From Scyliorhinus canicula (taxonomy: Eukaryota), in contig NC_052149.1 of NCBI RefSeq assembly GCF_902713615.1, positions 63,725,443 to 63,789,442 of the forward strand: a stretch of 64,000 nucleotides of DNA. The letters are read 5' to 3'. Made by a program: the position numbers and the translations under genes. Shown here one piece after another: positions 25,530-38,839 of this stretch. Below the pieces are notes generated by a model that saw only the letters and a list, made by a program, of their open reading frames with translations, was not told where the DNA came from and did no database searches. Within the stretch, counting starts at the first letter, position 1; each line of letters opens with the position of its first letter.

Positions 25530-26343
25530 TGTCTTTCAAAACTCAATCAGTGGTTCAGCCCAACAAACAAACAAGTCACTTGCAGCTTTATAACAAGATA
25601 GTCAATTAATTTAGTCCGTCCATACAAAATGCCTAGGTATATTGTCATTTTTTTTATCAATACTGGGAAAAATAACCACGAGTTGCTCGCAAAGTAAGCA
25701 AACTGTACAACTGCAAATATTAGTTAGGATACGTGCACATCAATAGTTTCAGATGCATACTCAACAGCTTATGGTTTTCTCCTGCCATTAGTCGTGTGTT
25801 GTTGTTTTGCCTTTTCAGACAAAGACCTAACAGACTCTAAGCAACAGTAGCTAAGGTGTAGATTTCCACGTCACCCGATAGACTGCCTACATTAGATTAG
25901 TGGATGGCAATCACAAAGGTTTGGCTCACAGGAGAGAAAGGTGACTTTTTTTTGATAGTTTTATGTTCAGGATCTGATGGAATCTCTCAAATATTTATTG
26001 TTCAGGCCAAACTTAAAATGTTTGCCAAAAGATTTTGATATCGTTATTGTATCGGAATAAAGTAACCGGCCTTGTTGCTATGGTTTGGTGGAGCAGTTAA
26101 CGATTCATTCTGGATTAGGACTCATTTAATACAAGTTGCAATGTTACCAGCCGCTGAGGATTCGATTATAACGCTAAGTTACATCAGATTAATGATGATT
26201 GACTTTCAGCCATGGGAAGAGCAGTCTGTATATTTGATGAAATGCAGAAACTTTGCTTCGAGGTTCGACAATTGACAGAAAGATAAAGTTTTCTGCTGCC
26301 AATCGACCTACACCTTAATCCGTACACATGTTGATCTGCCACA

Positions 26344-28593
26344 ATGGCCATTAACAGTACAGGTATTTTTACAAATCCATATGCAATTGAGGTTCTGCAG
26401 AGCAAGAAAAAGGAACTTGTAGCAGGAATTATCAACACTGATCATCTTCTGGACTGGTTGGTTGAGAATTGTATCATTTCAGCAGATAAGAGATTTGCTG
26501 TGTTAAGCTACAAGACACGAGAGGAAAAGAATTCCAGAGTTCTGGATATGTTGGTTTCTTGTGGCGAGAGAGCCTGCAGGCTGTTCTTCTATCCTTGCCT
26601 CAAGTATGTGGAACCAGCTCTGTATAATCACATAAGAAGCTATGTCAGTAGTGTGTCTGGTGGCTTTGGAAAAGCCAAGAGACAGTTGGTGGGATACCTT
26701 TTGGAAAAAGATAAGGATGAAATCCCCAGGGACAGCCGAAAAACGTCAGAGGAATTCATACAGGACATAACGCCGAAAAAGAACCCACATCACCTACTAA
26801 AAGGAGCTGCTAGATCTCAACCCAGCCAAGTTGAAATCACCGATCTCTACCAAGCTGTAGCATTAGGAGATCTTGCCAGTCTGGATAGAGCTTTTGGAGA
26901 TAATGATGTAAATGGCACCAATGCTTCTAATGAAACCCTGTTGCACATTGCTGCTGCTCATGGGCATGTTGCAATTATTGAATATTTATTAAATAAAGGA
27001 GCAAAGATAGAAGTGAGGGATAACAAACAACAATCACCCCTCCACCGGGCTGCGGTGGAAGGGCATTTCGGTGCAGCTAAAATGCTTCTCCAAGCTGGAG
27101 CACACATCTATGCTTTGGATAAAGAATCCAGAAGTCCATTGCACTTAGCTGCAGACAACAGTCATTTCTCCATGGTGAAGTTGATGTTGAAAGAAGAAGC
27201 CAGAAACCAGAAGAGGAAGAAATCTTTTTTGCACAGTGCTGCACTCAGAGATGAAAGTAAATTCGCGCAAATCCTTCTCAAATATGGAGCTCCAGTTGAC
27301 ACTAAGGATGAGAAGAACAGGACCCCACTGTTTCATGCTATTTCCCAAAGACATCTCAATACTGTGAGAGTACTGCTGGAGGCTGGAGCCAAGGTCAATG
27401 TTGATTTGATTCATGTAGCATTTGATAGTAATGACCAATTCCTGATAAAGCTGCTCTTGCAGCATGTCAGTGAAATTAACTCTGCCGTCTTGGTCAGTGC
27501 GCTCTTTAAAGCAGTTCAGAAAAATCTATACAGAACTGTGGGCATTATCATTGAACAAGGCATCGACATCAACACTAGAAATGGAATGCAATACACCCCT
27601 TTACTGTTCGCAGCAGAACTTGGCCATGCTGAATCTGTCGATATCCTGATAAATAAAGGTGCACGTTTAGATGAAAGGATGCCAAATATGGACAGTGCAT
27701 TACACCTTGCAGCCCAAACTGGTTCACTTTCTGTTGCAAAGCTGTTGATCGACCAGGGCATGGATGCAAACATAATTGGCTCTGGCAACCAAACACCCTT
27801 ACATGTTGCATCCTTTCATAACCAACGACCAATGATAGAAACTTTGATAGGAGCAGGTTCAAAAGTCAATGCTGTCACTAAAGAAGCAGTTACACCTTTA
27901 CATATTGCTTCACAAAGAGGTAACAGAGAGACAGCTGAGTGCCTCATCCAGAATAAAGCAAATGTGAATGCCAAAGACAAATGTATGAAAACGCCCTTGC
28001 ACCTGGCTGCTCTAGTTGGAGATGTCTCTATTGCAGATCTACTTCTGTCAAACCGGGCAGATCCTAATGCAGTAAATATAGAGAAGAAGACCCCCCTCCA
28101 TTTGGCTGCTAATGAAGGCCATTTGGATGTTGTATCTTTAATGTTAACCAGAAGGGCCAAGTTTGCTGCAAAGGATATGGATGGGAATACTCCAATGCAC
28201 TATGCAGCCAACAATTGCCATAGCATTGTTGTCAAAGCTCTTTTATTGGCTGGAAAAAATAAAAACATAGATGTTAAGAATGTTTGGCGGAAAACACCAT
28301 TGCATATAGCAGCAGAACATGGTGACGAGGACCTGGTAAATTTACTGTTGATTAGTGGAGCTGCCATTAATGCCTTAGATAGCACCAAAGACACACCTCT
28401 GCATTGTGCTTGCAAATCAGGGAACCTTAACACTTCCCAAAAACTAATCAACTGGTCTGAAGGTGAAAAACCCAAGTTTCAGTCAACAAATAGTTTAAGA
28501 AAAACCCCTCTTCAAGTTGCAGAAAGTGGAGATACAGATAACCACCGTCAAATAGCAACATTATTGAAAAAGAAAATGTTGTTAACTAGGTAA
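26344..28593 (+). CDS. caiap: CARD- and ankyrin-repeat-containing inflammasome adaptor protein, 749 aa, intronless CDS
   Basis: N-terminal CARD-like region (FTNPYAIEVL..KKKELVAGI..TDHLLDWL..SRVLDMLVSCGERACRLF) followed by many TPLHxAA ankyrin repeats. Good Kozak context (ACAATGG). The architecture matches Caiap of non-placental vertebrates. Confidence 0.88.
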   Translation: MAINSTGIFTNPYAIEVLQSKKKELVAGIINTDHLLDWLVENCIISADKRFAVLSYKTREEKNSRVLDMLVSCGERACRLFFYPCLKYVEPALYNHIRSYVSSVSGGFGKAKRQLVGYLLEKDKDEIPRDSRKTSEEFIQDITPKKNPHHLLKGAARSQPSQVEITDLYQAVALGDLASLDRAFGDNDVNGTNASNETLLHIAAAHGHVAIIEYLLNKGAKIEVRDNKQQSPLHRAAVEGHFGAAKMLLQAGAHIYALDKESRSPLHLAADNSHFSMVKLMLKEEARNQKRKKSFLHSAALRDESKFAQILLKYGAPVDTKDEKNRTPLFHAISQRHLNTVRVLLEAGAKVNVDLIHVAFDSNDQFLIKLLLQHVSEINSAVLVSALFKAVQKNLYRTVGIIIEQGIDINTRNGMQYTPLLFAAELGHAESVDILINKGARLDERMPNMDSALHLAAQTGSLSVAKLLIDQGMDANIIGSGNQTPLHVASFHNQRPMIETLIGAGSKVNAVTKEAVTPLHIASQRGNRETAECLIQNKANVNAKDKCMKTPLHLAALVGDVSIADLLLSNRADPNAVNIEKKTPLHLAANEGHLDVVSLMLTRRAKFAAKDMDGNTPMHYAANNCHSIVVKALLLAGKNKNIDVKNVWRKTPLHIAAEHGDEDLVNLLLISGAAINALDSTKDTPLHCACKSGNLNTSQKLINWSEGEKPKFQSTNSLRKTPLQVAESGDTDNHRQIATLLKKKMLLTR

Positions 28594-29421
28594 GAAACAA
28601 AATCCCAATTGCCTGATGGCTTAATTGGTCACTTCATTATCTAGTGTGGACCTCAGATACATGGACCAGTATCATCCCAGTTTCACGTTTGTGCTGTCTG
28701 GAGTTAACAAGCTGCAGTATGCTGGAGCTCGTGATTGTGGGGTGTGAGTTTGGGAAGCATGCGATGGAGAGTGTTAGTGTTCATGCTTCTATTTGCTGTC
28801 CAGTGACCCTTTTTCAAAAATGCATGGATATAAACTTTGAGTGAGGACAAGATGAGACTCGAGCTGCTGCGACTTACCTCAAATTTATCTAGTCAACCAG
28901 CGCCCACTATCAGGACTCACACTTGAAAAACAGTCACTTCGACGAGGTACCAAATGGCTGCTGACATTTTTGAAACTTAGCATGTCAGTGGTTTTAGAGG
29001 AATAGGGGAGGAAATTGGGAATAAAAAGCGCAAAGCTCATTCTAAAGGTGTATAATTTATTGTAGCCCCCAAGTAACAAACAAAGAAAAAAAACAGCAAA
29101 ATTATCAATTGTAAAAGCACATGAAAAAAACTGAACTCTGGTCACCTCTACCTCCTTTTTATGAGCAATGCAGTGATGCATTATGTGTGAAACTAAATCA
29201 CAGTGTTGTTTGATTGGAATTCATTACTGCTTGTTTGCCTTTGTTTACTTTCTCATGGCAGGAATCCATATATAAATGTCTATTTTATGTTTACTTTTTA
29301 TGTACAAAACAGTAACTTGGCAATACAGCACCAGTGAACATACATCATATTTGGACTATCATTGGAAACTGACACCATTTGACAAAGATTCCATTTACTG
29401 ATTTGTCCTCTCAAACCAATT

Positions 29422-29683
29422 AATAAAATTAATTGTCAGAATATGTAACAAAGCTACTTGATAAGAACCTTACTTTTCTAAAAAGCTTCTTGTAATTAGG
29501 ATGCTCAATCAAGCAATTTACAAATCAGATGAACAAATATTTTGAGTATTTTTCCCTTTAGTTCAGTGTATCCAAAAATAGTATTGAAGTGGTTGATGCA
29601 TGCTATGAATAGTTAATGTAGTTTTGCTATCCAGCTCCATGAACTCTGCTCTTTGACAAGTATTATTTCCATTCTGAAATAAA
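29422..29683 (+). terminator. Candidate poly(A) signals of caiap (AATAAA at 29422 and 29678)
   Basis: Hexamers in an AT-rich 3' UTR-like region; the second is followed by T/G-rich sequence. Confidence 0.4.
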
Positions 29684-29807
29684 TGTTGTATATTTTGCAC
29701 TGGTAATGAATGCATTGTGGCTTTTATTTTAACTATGCCAAAAAGATTTTAATTCATGTTTTGTAACTTTTTTGAGAACCCCCACAGTTGTGGCACCTTG
29801 GTCATTA

Positions 29808-30332
29808 TCATAGAATCCCTACAGTGCAGAAGGAGGCCATTCAGTCCATCAAATCTGCACCGACCCTTTGAAAATGAAAAATGAAATGAAAATTGCTTAT
29901 TGTCCCGAGTAGGCTACAATGAAGTTACTGTGAAAAGCCCCTAGTTGCCACATTCCGGCACTTGTCCGGGGAGGCTGGTACGGAAATTGAACCGTGCTAC
30001 TGGTCTGCTTTAAAAGCCAGCGATTTAATGCAGTGAGCTAAACCAGCCCCTGAAAGAGAACTCTCCCCATGTCCACTTCCCCCGACCTCCCCACCCTATC
30101 TCCATAACCTCCTAACCTAAACTGCAGATCCCTGGACATCAAGGGACAATTTATCATAGCCAATTTACCTAACCCACACGTCTTTGGGTTGTGGGAGGAA
30201 ACCGGAGCATCCGGAGGAAACTTACCCAGACACAGGAAGAGTGTATACACGCCACAGAGACAGTGACCCAAGGCCAGAATTGAACCTGAGTTCCTGGTGC
30301 TGTGAGGCAGCAGTGTTAACCACTGTGCCACC
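29808..30332 (-). mobile_element. HE1-type SINE containing a nested short tRNA-SINE (about 29868-30050)
   Basis: HE1 head at 30332 and tail at 29808; the inner element resembles 5895-6073. Confidence 0.8.
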
Positions 30333-30982
30333 CAATGTTTAGTTTTTATTCTTTGCTTTAAAAGTAATAATGAAAAATTATGTTTAATTGGAGAACTTTA
30401 GAACATACATGGTCAATACCACTGGCAGACATGTAAAATTGAGAGTATTTATGACTAATGTATAATTACTGTGTGTACAGAAATGCCCTATTGGTGATCC
30501 ATTTTAGTGAATCTTAGTTGCATGTTGTAGTTTTAATGGGACCTAAGATGTATTGTTGCTTCAAAATTGCCCCTAAACCGAACACAGTAGTGCAAGTTTT
30601 TGTGGTGCAAGGGTAGCAAGGAGAGTGTTGTGGTTTTCCTTCATTTCAACCTGAAATCCACTGAGGTTCACCTTTAGAACTTAACAACATTAAATCTATC
30701 CTCACAGCACCTTTGAATCACAGAAACGCATCTGTTTTAAGTTACACAACTAAAGATCTTTTGAAGTATTGGTAAGATCACATTAAAGTGCGGAACGAGG
30801 AAAAAATATTATCTGGCAAATCAAACCCGCTTCTTGCAAAAGATCAAAGGTAATTTATTTAAATTCCCGAACAAAACATAAATTCCAAAAGGACTTTCAA
30901 AAATGTCCTGAAGATATCCTGAAGGATATCAAACAAAACTCTGGGCATCAATCTAACATCTCAGATTGATCCTCTATGTGGC

Positions 30983-32203
30983 AGTTCTTTGAGAAGGTGA
31001 CTGAACAGGTAGACGAGGGTAGAGCAGTTGATGTGGTGTATATGGATTTCAGTAAAGTGTTTGATAAGGTTCCCCACGGTCGGCTATTGCAGAAAATACG
31101 GAGGCTGGGGATTGAGGGTGATTTAGTGATGTGGATCAGAAATTGGCTAGTTGAAAGAAGACAGAGAGTGGTAGTTGATGGGAAATGTTCAGAATGGAGT
31201 TCAGTTACGAGTGGCGTACCACAAGGATCTGTTCTGGGGCCGTTGCTGTTTGTCGTTTTTATAAATGACCTAGAGGAGGGCGCAGAAGGATGGGTGAGTA
31301 AATTTGCAGACGACACTAAAGTCGGTGGAGTTGTAGACAGTGCGGAGGGATGTTGCAGGTTACAGAGGGACATAGATAAGCTGCAGAGCTGGGCTGAGAG
31401 GTGGCAAATGGAGTTTAATGTGGAGAAGTGTGAGGTGATTCACTTTGGAAAGAATAACAGAAATGTGGAATATTTGGCTAATGGTAAAATTCTTGGTAGT
31501 GTGGATGAGCAGAGGGATCTCGGTGTCCATGTACATAGATCCCTGAAAGTTGCCACCCAGGTTGATAGGGTTGTGAAGAAGGCCTATGGTGTGTTGGCCT
31601 TTATTGGTAGAGGGATTGAGTTCCGGAGCCATGAGGTCATGTTGCAGTTGTACAAAACTCTAGTACGGCCGCATTTGGAGTATTGCGTACAGTTCTGGTC
31701 GCCTCATTATAGGAAGGACGTGGAAGCTTTGGAACGGGTGCAGAGGAGATTTACCAGGATGTTGCCTGGTATGGAGGGAAAATCTTATGTGGAAAGGCTG
31801 ATGGACTTGAGGTTGTTTTCGTTAGAGAGAAGAAGGTTAAGAGGTGACTTAATAGAGGCATACAAAATGATCAGAGGGTTAGATAGGGTGGACAGCGAGA
31901 GCCTTCTCCCGCGGATGGAGGTGGCTAGCACGAGGGGACATAGCCTTAAATTGAGGGGTAATAGATATAGGACAGAGGTCAGAGGTGGGTTTTTTACGCA
32001 AAGAGTGGTGAGGCCGTGGAATGCCCTATCTGCAACAGTAGTGAACACGTCAACATTGAGGGCATTAAAAAATTTATTGGGTAAGCATATGGATGATAAG
32101 GGCATAGTGTAGGTTAGATGGCCTTTAGATTTTTTCCATGTCGGTGCAACATCGAGGGCCGAAGGGCCTGTACTGCGCTGTATCGTTCTATGTTCTATGT
32201 TCT
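30983..32203 (+). mobile_element. 5'-truncated CR1/HER1-type LINE with an open RT C-terminal frame
   Basis: ORF 30976-32112: [32 protein letters not shown]; tail (TTCTATG)n. Confidence 0.93.
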
Positions 32204-32849
32204 AAGTTACAGGGTTGCAAGAGGAAATCTGGCTGTTTATCAAACGTCTTTTGTGATCCCTGACTACTTTTCCCATTGACAACATAGTGCTTGTTGGCGT
32301 AAATGCATCTAAATGTGTTAATTGATAAACTGAAAACTGTTTCCTCCCTGTTTCAAAGTCAACTTCTTTATCCTTGCCCAATGTCTTGCATCATCAATCA
32401 CTAACTGCATATGATCATGTATTGGAACGCATGATGAAAAAGCAAGTTATGAGAGACCGGATTGATATGCTTTGCGACACAAAACTATAAACATTACGCA
32501 CTGAAAGTTCATATTGGATAGTGGGAAGAATTCTCTGCTTCTGAGACTATATTCTCCCTCCTGAGCTGAATTGCACCTGCAGATCAGGAAGTAATTCCCA
32601 ATCCTTCACCATGCAAAAATCTGCATTGTGAGGATTGTAAGGGATTCCAGGGGACTCCCGCTATTGAGCTGCCACTTTGAGCGGGTGGCCCAAGAGCAAG
32701 GTTCCACGGCTGCCCCCCCCCCCCCCCGAAACACCATTCAACCCTCACCGCTGGATTTTCTGGATCACCCCCCCCCCCCCTTCCCCCATGTGTGGGGTGA
32801 CCCGAACCGCACCTCCCCCACCCACAGAGACTTCCTAAATAAGGAGGCC

Positions 32850-33010
32850 CCCTCCTAGAGACACCCTAAATAAAGAGACCCCTACAGACCCTCTAGAAAA
32901 GAGGCCCCTGTCAGGAAGTCGCCCAGAAAAGAGACACCTGGCAGGAGGCCTCCCCCCAGAAAAGAGACCCCTGTCAGGAAGCCCCCCAGAAAAAGACCCT
33001 TGTCTGGAAG
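32850..33010. repeat. Diverged about 30-bp tandem repeat (AGAAAAGAGACCCCTGTCAGGAAG)
   Basis: About five degenerate copies visible. Confidence 0.6.
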
Positions 33011-33450
33011 CTCAAGAGCAGTCCAGACAGGCTCAAACACAGGAAGCACCACCTGTCAATTCCTGGAAAGAGAAACCAGTCAGCTGTGTTTAAACCTCTC
33101 AGTTCCTTGAGCTGCAAGCCATTCATTCAGTTCCCTAACTATACTGTGATAGATACCTTCCCCCCATGTACGCACATGCGCACACACACACACACACACA
33201 GCTGTCATCTTTGTTTTATTCATCTTCCTTCACAGTTGAGTAAATCTGAAGTGCTCTAACTGTAATATTCATAAACATCAACCTCTTCAAACAGAGTTAA
33301 GTGTTTTCCAATCACCTCCTTTCCAGTTGAGTGATTTTGAAGTGGTCAGCTGAAAATTGACAGCACTTAACTCGTATTGGGGGAGGGGGGGGGGTGACTC
33401 TCTTATGGATTTTGGGGGCAACTCCCAAAAGGAGTTACCCCCTTGGCCCA

Positions 33451-33678
33451 TGATGCATGGTCAATTGCACAAAGACTCAGATTGGGTACAACTGTGGCTT
33501 TATTGCAGTCAGATGCATGGCCTCTTGCTGCAGCTGGTGAAATGTCAGATCAATGGAGGGCACGCATATTTATACAGCTCCTAGTGGATGGAGCCAGCCG
33601 GCAGAGGTTACCGGTGAACCTGTAGTACAGGTCCTACCTTACATCCCCTAATACAGGTGTACACAGTGGTTCACCACA
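33451..33678 (-). mobile_element. Gypsy solo LTR
   Basis: TGTGG...GCATCA termini; flanks GCCCA/TCCCA (4 of 5 TSD match); related to 21081-21318. Confidence 0.8.
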
Positions 33679-33709
33679 TCCCATCCACCACGTCAGTACC
33701 AGGCTTATC

Positions 33710-36700
33710 CAGTGGCGAACTGGGTCTAAAAATATTGGTTGCCAGGAGACAAAGGGGGCCCACCCACAACTACAATGCTATCATTTAATTTTCATAACGA
33801 ATAAATAAAATTTTCAAAAAATACAGATGGAAAAAAGGGTACAATTAAAATTTTTGTGGAAAAAATGTGTATTTCTTAGTAATTACAGTGTACATGTACT
33901 GTACATATTACTGGCAGTAGATACCAAATGTAAATACAGAATGTTATAATTGAATTTTAAAATTTTTTTTAAGTAATTGGTTGATATTTTTAAATAGTTT
34001 ACTGCACAATTTATACATTAACAGATAGTTCAAAAGCACAATAGAGCATTGCATGCAGTCCACTATATTAAGAGCAATCGTTTGTGTTCGCTAGATGATT
34101 GTGCGAATCTGCCAATAATTGCTTCTGCATCCAATTCATCTAACAATTCCTTTTCAATGGATAGCAACATGTATAATTCCAAATTCTCCTCAGAAAGCGA
34201 ATTTCTTAACCTTGTCTTTATGATCTTTAGCTTTGAAAATGTCCTCTCACATTGGACTTGAGTAACTGATAGTGTGCAGATGACTTTATAAAGTTCATAA
34301 AGGTTATCATATGCCTTGTCATGAAGTCTGTTGGATGGCAGAATTTTTAGTACACACGATGGGCAAGTGCTGCAAATTTTACAATTGTTGCAACTGGAAT
34401 CCATATTCTCACCATCATTAAGCAATAGCTTTAATACATCAAAGTTTGAAGCAAAAGAAAACAATTCCAATATTACTTGACCTTTGCTGATTTGTGGAAA
34501 CAGCTTAATAATACCTTCCAATGCTTCATCTTCAAGGCCCTTCTCTGCAATAGTTTTAAACTTTGCTGGGTCCAAGCAGGACAAATCTTTCTACAACTGT
34601 TTGTGTTGCACAAAGTGTGATTCTAGTGACTGGACAATGCGATCCATTATTAGGTTAAACACATTTACTCGAAAATCAGCTAGAGAATCTGAGGCATTTC
34701 TTTCATCATCAATAAGCTCATCTGCCATTCTTTTCTTCTTCCTCTGCCTCTTAACTGGCAATGCTGTTTCCAATGCATCAATTTCCAATGTTTGATTTTC
34801 ATCCATATTCATCTGTGAAATCCTGTCATTACATTTATTTACAAATTCCAAAGCCTTGCTGTGAACGTTATCAAATGTTCTTGTCTGTTCCTTCAACTTT
34901 GTTGTAGCTGAATCTACCAAACTCCATGCAGTAAACATATCTAAACCACTTGTCTGTAGATAACTTGATAACGGGGTTGTAGTTTCAAATATATACAAGT
35001 AAGTAAATGGTGTCAATATGGTTTCAAACTTTAGAAGACTTTGAAGTAAAACATTTGCTTCATGTTTTGTTTTTGCATCAAACTTTTCTGAATCTTGTAT
35101 CATTGATAAGCATGTCAATAGATTTACGAAAGTACTGGCAGCGGCATCATCAAAACGTCCAAATATAGTTGTTGCTGCATTGGATTTTCCTGACCATCTG
35201 GTCTCACCAATTAGCTTTAATCATTTCATTTTTTCTTGTCCTAGATGTTTTCCAACAAATTCTATCCATTCAGCCATTCTCTTGTATGATGCTTTCACAA
35301 AAGTTGCTATATTCTGGAGCAAATTGAAAAAAGAAACTGCAGGCATACAACATTTTGTTGTTTCAGTTAGCACCAATTTCAAGACATGGGCATAGCACCA
35401 TATATGAACATGTTGATCAGCCACATCAGCAATTTTACTTTGTAAACCATTATACTGGCCATGGTAGCTTGCAGCGTCATCTGAGCTATCAGATAAACAT
35501 TTTTGGGGGTCAATTTTAAGATGCTGTAATGTTTCAATCAATAGATCAAAAAGTCCCTGTCCTGTACCATCATTACTTGACACAACTGAAAGTAGTCGCT
35601 CACAGATAGTACCTTTAAGCACATACCGAATAATAAAGCTAAACTGATCGATGGATGAATTATCTTGTGTTGAATCAACCTGAATAGAATAATATTTTGC
35701 TTGAGAAACTTCATGACTAATTCTTTCTTGTATCATATTCTTCATAATTTTGATTAACATGTTTATAGTTGTTTTACTCAGGTATGTAACAAGTCCACCA
35801 CGGCCTTTACTTTGAGCCTTTCCTTGTTGCTCTAATCGTTTGATTCTTTGTTTAGACTTGTTTTGCACTGCAGAAACGTGAGCCGCCATAATGGGGTCAT
35901 ATTTTGCCATCAACTGCACTGTAGCTAAAAAATTGCCATGATTCAGAACCTCATTATCTAGAGTGTAAGCCGATTCATTTCTGTGACCTCGAAAAGGAAG
36001 TGCTTGCTTGCCTAACATCTTTATGATGTCTATAATCCTCATGACAATACTTCTCTGCTTCAATACTTCTTTTAATTACTTTTAAATACTCCTTTTAATT
36101 AGTGATGCTGCAAAAAATTTATCTAAGGTGCCATCATTAACCACACTGATATATTGCTCAGCATTTCTGACATGTGTTGTTGACTATTCATGTAAAGTCA
36201 AGCTCTGGCTAATACGCCTGTAGTCACTAAAGCCACGTACAAAGGGTGATGGATTACAAGTGTTGGGAAACTCAAAGGCTAAGCAGTATGAACAATATAA
36301 GCATCTATTTTCTTTGTTATATGTTAGCCATTTTCTTGGGACTGAGTCATTCATAATTTTCCTCTCATACAAACGAGCATCAAATGGCAGATCACCAAGT
36401 GGCTGAAGTGGATGTTCAGCAAAAAACTGTTTTAGCTTTGCTCGTGATGGATATTGGAAGATTCCAGTAATTGATCTTTCATTTTCTTGTGTAGGTTCAT
36501 TTACAGGATGTGCTTCAGAAACCAAGTCATTTATGCTTGAAGGAATATCTGATTCCCTGTCACTAGTTGAAGTTATGTGTTCAGATGTTGCAACTACAGG
36601 CAGTACAGATACCGGAACAAGGAAGCCAGAAGAAATATTGGGCCTGGGTTGATTAGTAATGGATGCACTTGTATTTGTCTCTACGTTCAAAGTAGCTCTT

Positions 36701-38110
36701 CTCTGTTCTTGTAACTCGCATATCATTGCATCATCACCATGAGCATTGTTTCTTGCTTCTTGATTATTTGTTGCAGAACTGGATATTGATGTGGATTGTT
36801 CTTGTGGTATTATAAACTCTGTAATAGGCCTGCATCGCTTGGCTGATTCCTTCCTTTCTGCTTCTTTTTGTTCTTTGCGTTTTAGTGACCCAGATTTATG
36901 CTTTTTCTTTTCCATGCTAGTAGGGGTAATATTCCTGAAATAAAAACTTAATTAAAAATAGCCCACATTGGGAAAAATGAATATTGATGATTGCAAGAAT
37001 AACTTGAAGGAACGCCAGATAAACCCCTACTTGATAAAAAATATAAAATAACTTACTTACACTTCAATAGGCTATGTTCATTAGTCAATACTACTGTGGC
37101 CTATGCAGCTTCAGAAGAGGAGACAATCCACTGTCCAGTATTCACACCAGCAAGCAACTGAGACAACTGTTGAAACTTAGAAGTTTGGTCCGACTATAGT
37201 AAGACATTAAAAGTGGTCCCACGACCAAAGTTAACATGTCCAGTTTGATACCAGTATAGTGTTACAAGTCGCAACCCTTTGAGTTTACCGATCATGGCTT
37301 ATCACTTCAATATCTTTGACCTCATGATTGACGGTCAAAGGTACTGCTTCTCCTTTTCGGTGACCTCACGACCCTATGTACTGCTTGATATCCTTTCAAG
37401 TTGCCGACCATCTCAAATCACGAACTGTAACTTTATCTTTAAATTCACACACTCTTGCTGAAAACGTGGATTTCCAACTATGTCCGACCCGGGTGAACCA
37501 AACCCCCCCCCCCCACTCCTTTTCACATCCGTTTAACACTGCTTCGTTCCTTCATACACTGAGTGATTATTTGTTTGTTTCTTTATTGCATTTTTATTTG
37601 GTATTGCTCTTTTTAAAAACAATTATATTTTATTAAGTTAGAATACAAATCTCAGGAAAGAAGTTGGAGATTTATTTATCTGATTAATTATAATTTTTAA
37701 GGACCCTTCAGAGATTCACGGGCCCCTTCTTGGCTCTTCGGGCCCCGGACCGATGTACCGGCTGAACCAAGACTACTGCTTGATATCCTTTGAAGTTGCC
37801 GACCATCTCAAATCACGAATTGTAACTTTATCTTTAAATTCACAAACTCTTGCTGAAAACATGGAATTTCCTTAATTATGCCCGACCCGGGCCCCCCTAT
37901 TCCACATCCTTCCACTACCTCCCCTGCTTCGTTCCTTTTCATGCACTGCTTATTTGTGTCCTGTTCTCTTTTTTTTCTTATTCCTTTTTATTACTAAAAC
38001 AGTTGTCTGTGTTTGTTTCTTTATTGCATTTTTATTTGATATAGGGGGCCCACTTCATCAGGGGCCCACTTGCCATCGGGCAAGCTGACACCCTGGCCAG
38101 TCCGCCACTG
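33710..38110 (-). mobile_element. Full-length hAT DNA transposon (4.4 kb)
   Basis: TIRs CAGTGGCGAACTGG / CAGTGGCGGACTGG (13 of 14); 8-bp TSD GGCTTATC (33702-33709) / GGCCTATC (38111-38118); internal transposase. Confidence 0.93.
34063..36915 (-). pseudogene. hAT transposase pseudogene (ZMYM1/DUF4371-like with C-terminal dimerisation domain), about 950 codons
   Basis: RKWLTY..LYCSYC, LPFRGHRNE..GNFL, YYSIQVDSTQD, WCYAHVL, CERTFSKLKIIKTRLRNSL. All four ORF pieces share one frame and are separated by in-frame stops. Confidence 0.92.
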
Positions 38111-38839
38111 GGCCTATCCATACCTGTAGTAATTCTCGCCCATGCTATTTCTGACCCAGAGGACCGGAGAGTCACATGAGCCCGAAGAATATGGTGCCTG
38201 CCCCACCAAGTGGATGCAAATTAGTCATTAAGTCCCATTTGCAACCTCGCAGTGGCACATGGGCGCAAACCTTGATCCCTATGCCAGTAGAGGGCTGAAG
38301 CATCGGAAACGGATCAATGCTGTTTTCTCCCCGATGCTGGATTCTTCGCTTCGCCGGGAATTTTGCTACTGGCAACGCGAAACGGAGAATTTAGTTTGGT
38401 ATATTTTGTACTTTCTAATGGAACTTTATTAGTTTATGGATTGTGTGTTAGTTGAATATGATGGTTTAGTTACCTATAATGAAACTATTGTTCAAAAAGT
38501 GCAACATTTGTGGGCACCAATAGAGAACTGTATAGTTCTGGTGAAATGGACCTCGGTTGTGACAATACTTTGTGTGAAATTTTACTGCAATTCTCATTGA
38601 TGAGAAAGATGGGATAAAATCAAGCCAGTTTACCATAAAACTAAATCAAGTAAATTGAATCAATAAATAGAAAATGCCAGTCAGGTAGGGTTCATGGAAA
38701 AGTATATTTAAGTCAGACTTGTGGAGGTCACATATACAGATCTAATTACTTAGTATAAGGCAGTATATCACAATACTTGCAAAGCAGTTCAGCAGAAGAG
38801 CATCTGAAACCTCAGAAAATAGCACTGATCCCATTTACA

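Noticed and set aside
34063-36915. Domesticated ZMYM1-like host gene
   Set aside because: It has multiple in-frame stops and intact TIRs and TSD, so it is a dead transposon.
32523-38390. Larger non-autonomous element hosting the solo LTR and hAT
   Set aside because: The flanks look repeat-like (GAATTCTC / GGAGAATT), but I could not define convincing termini or a TSD.
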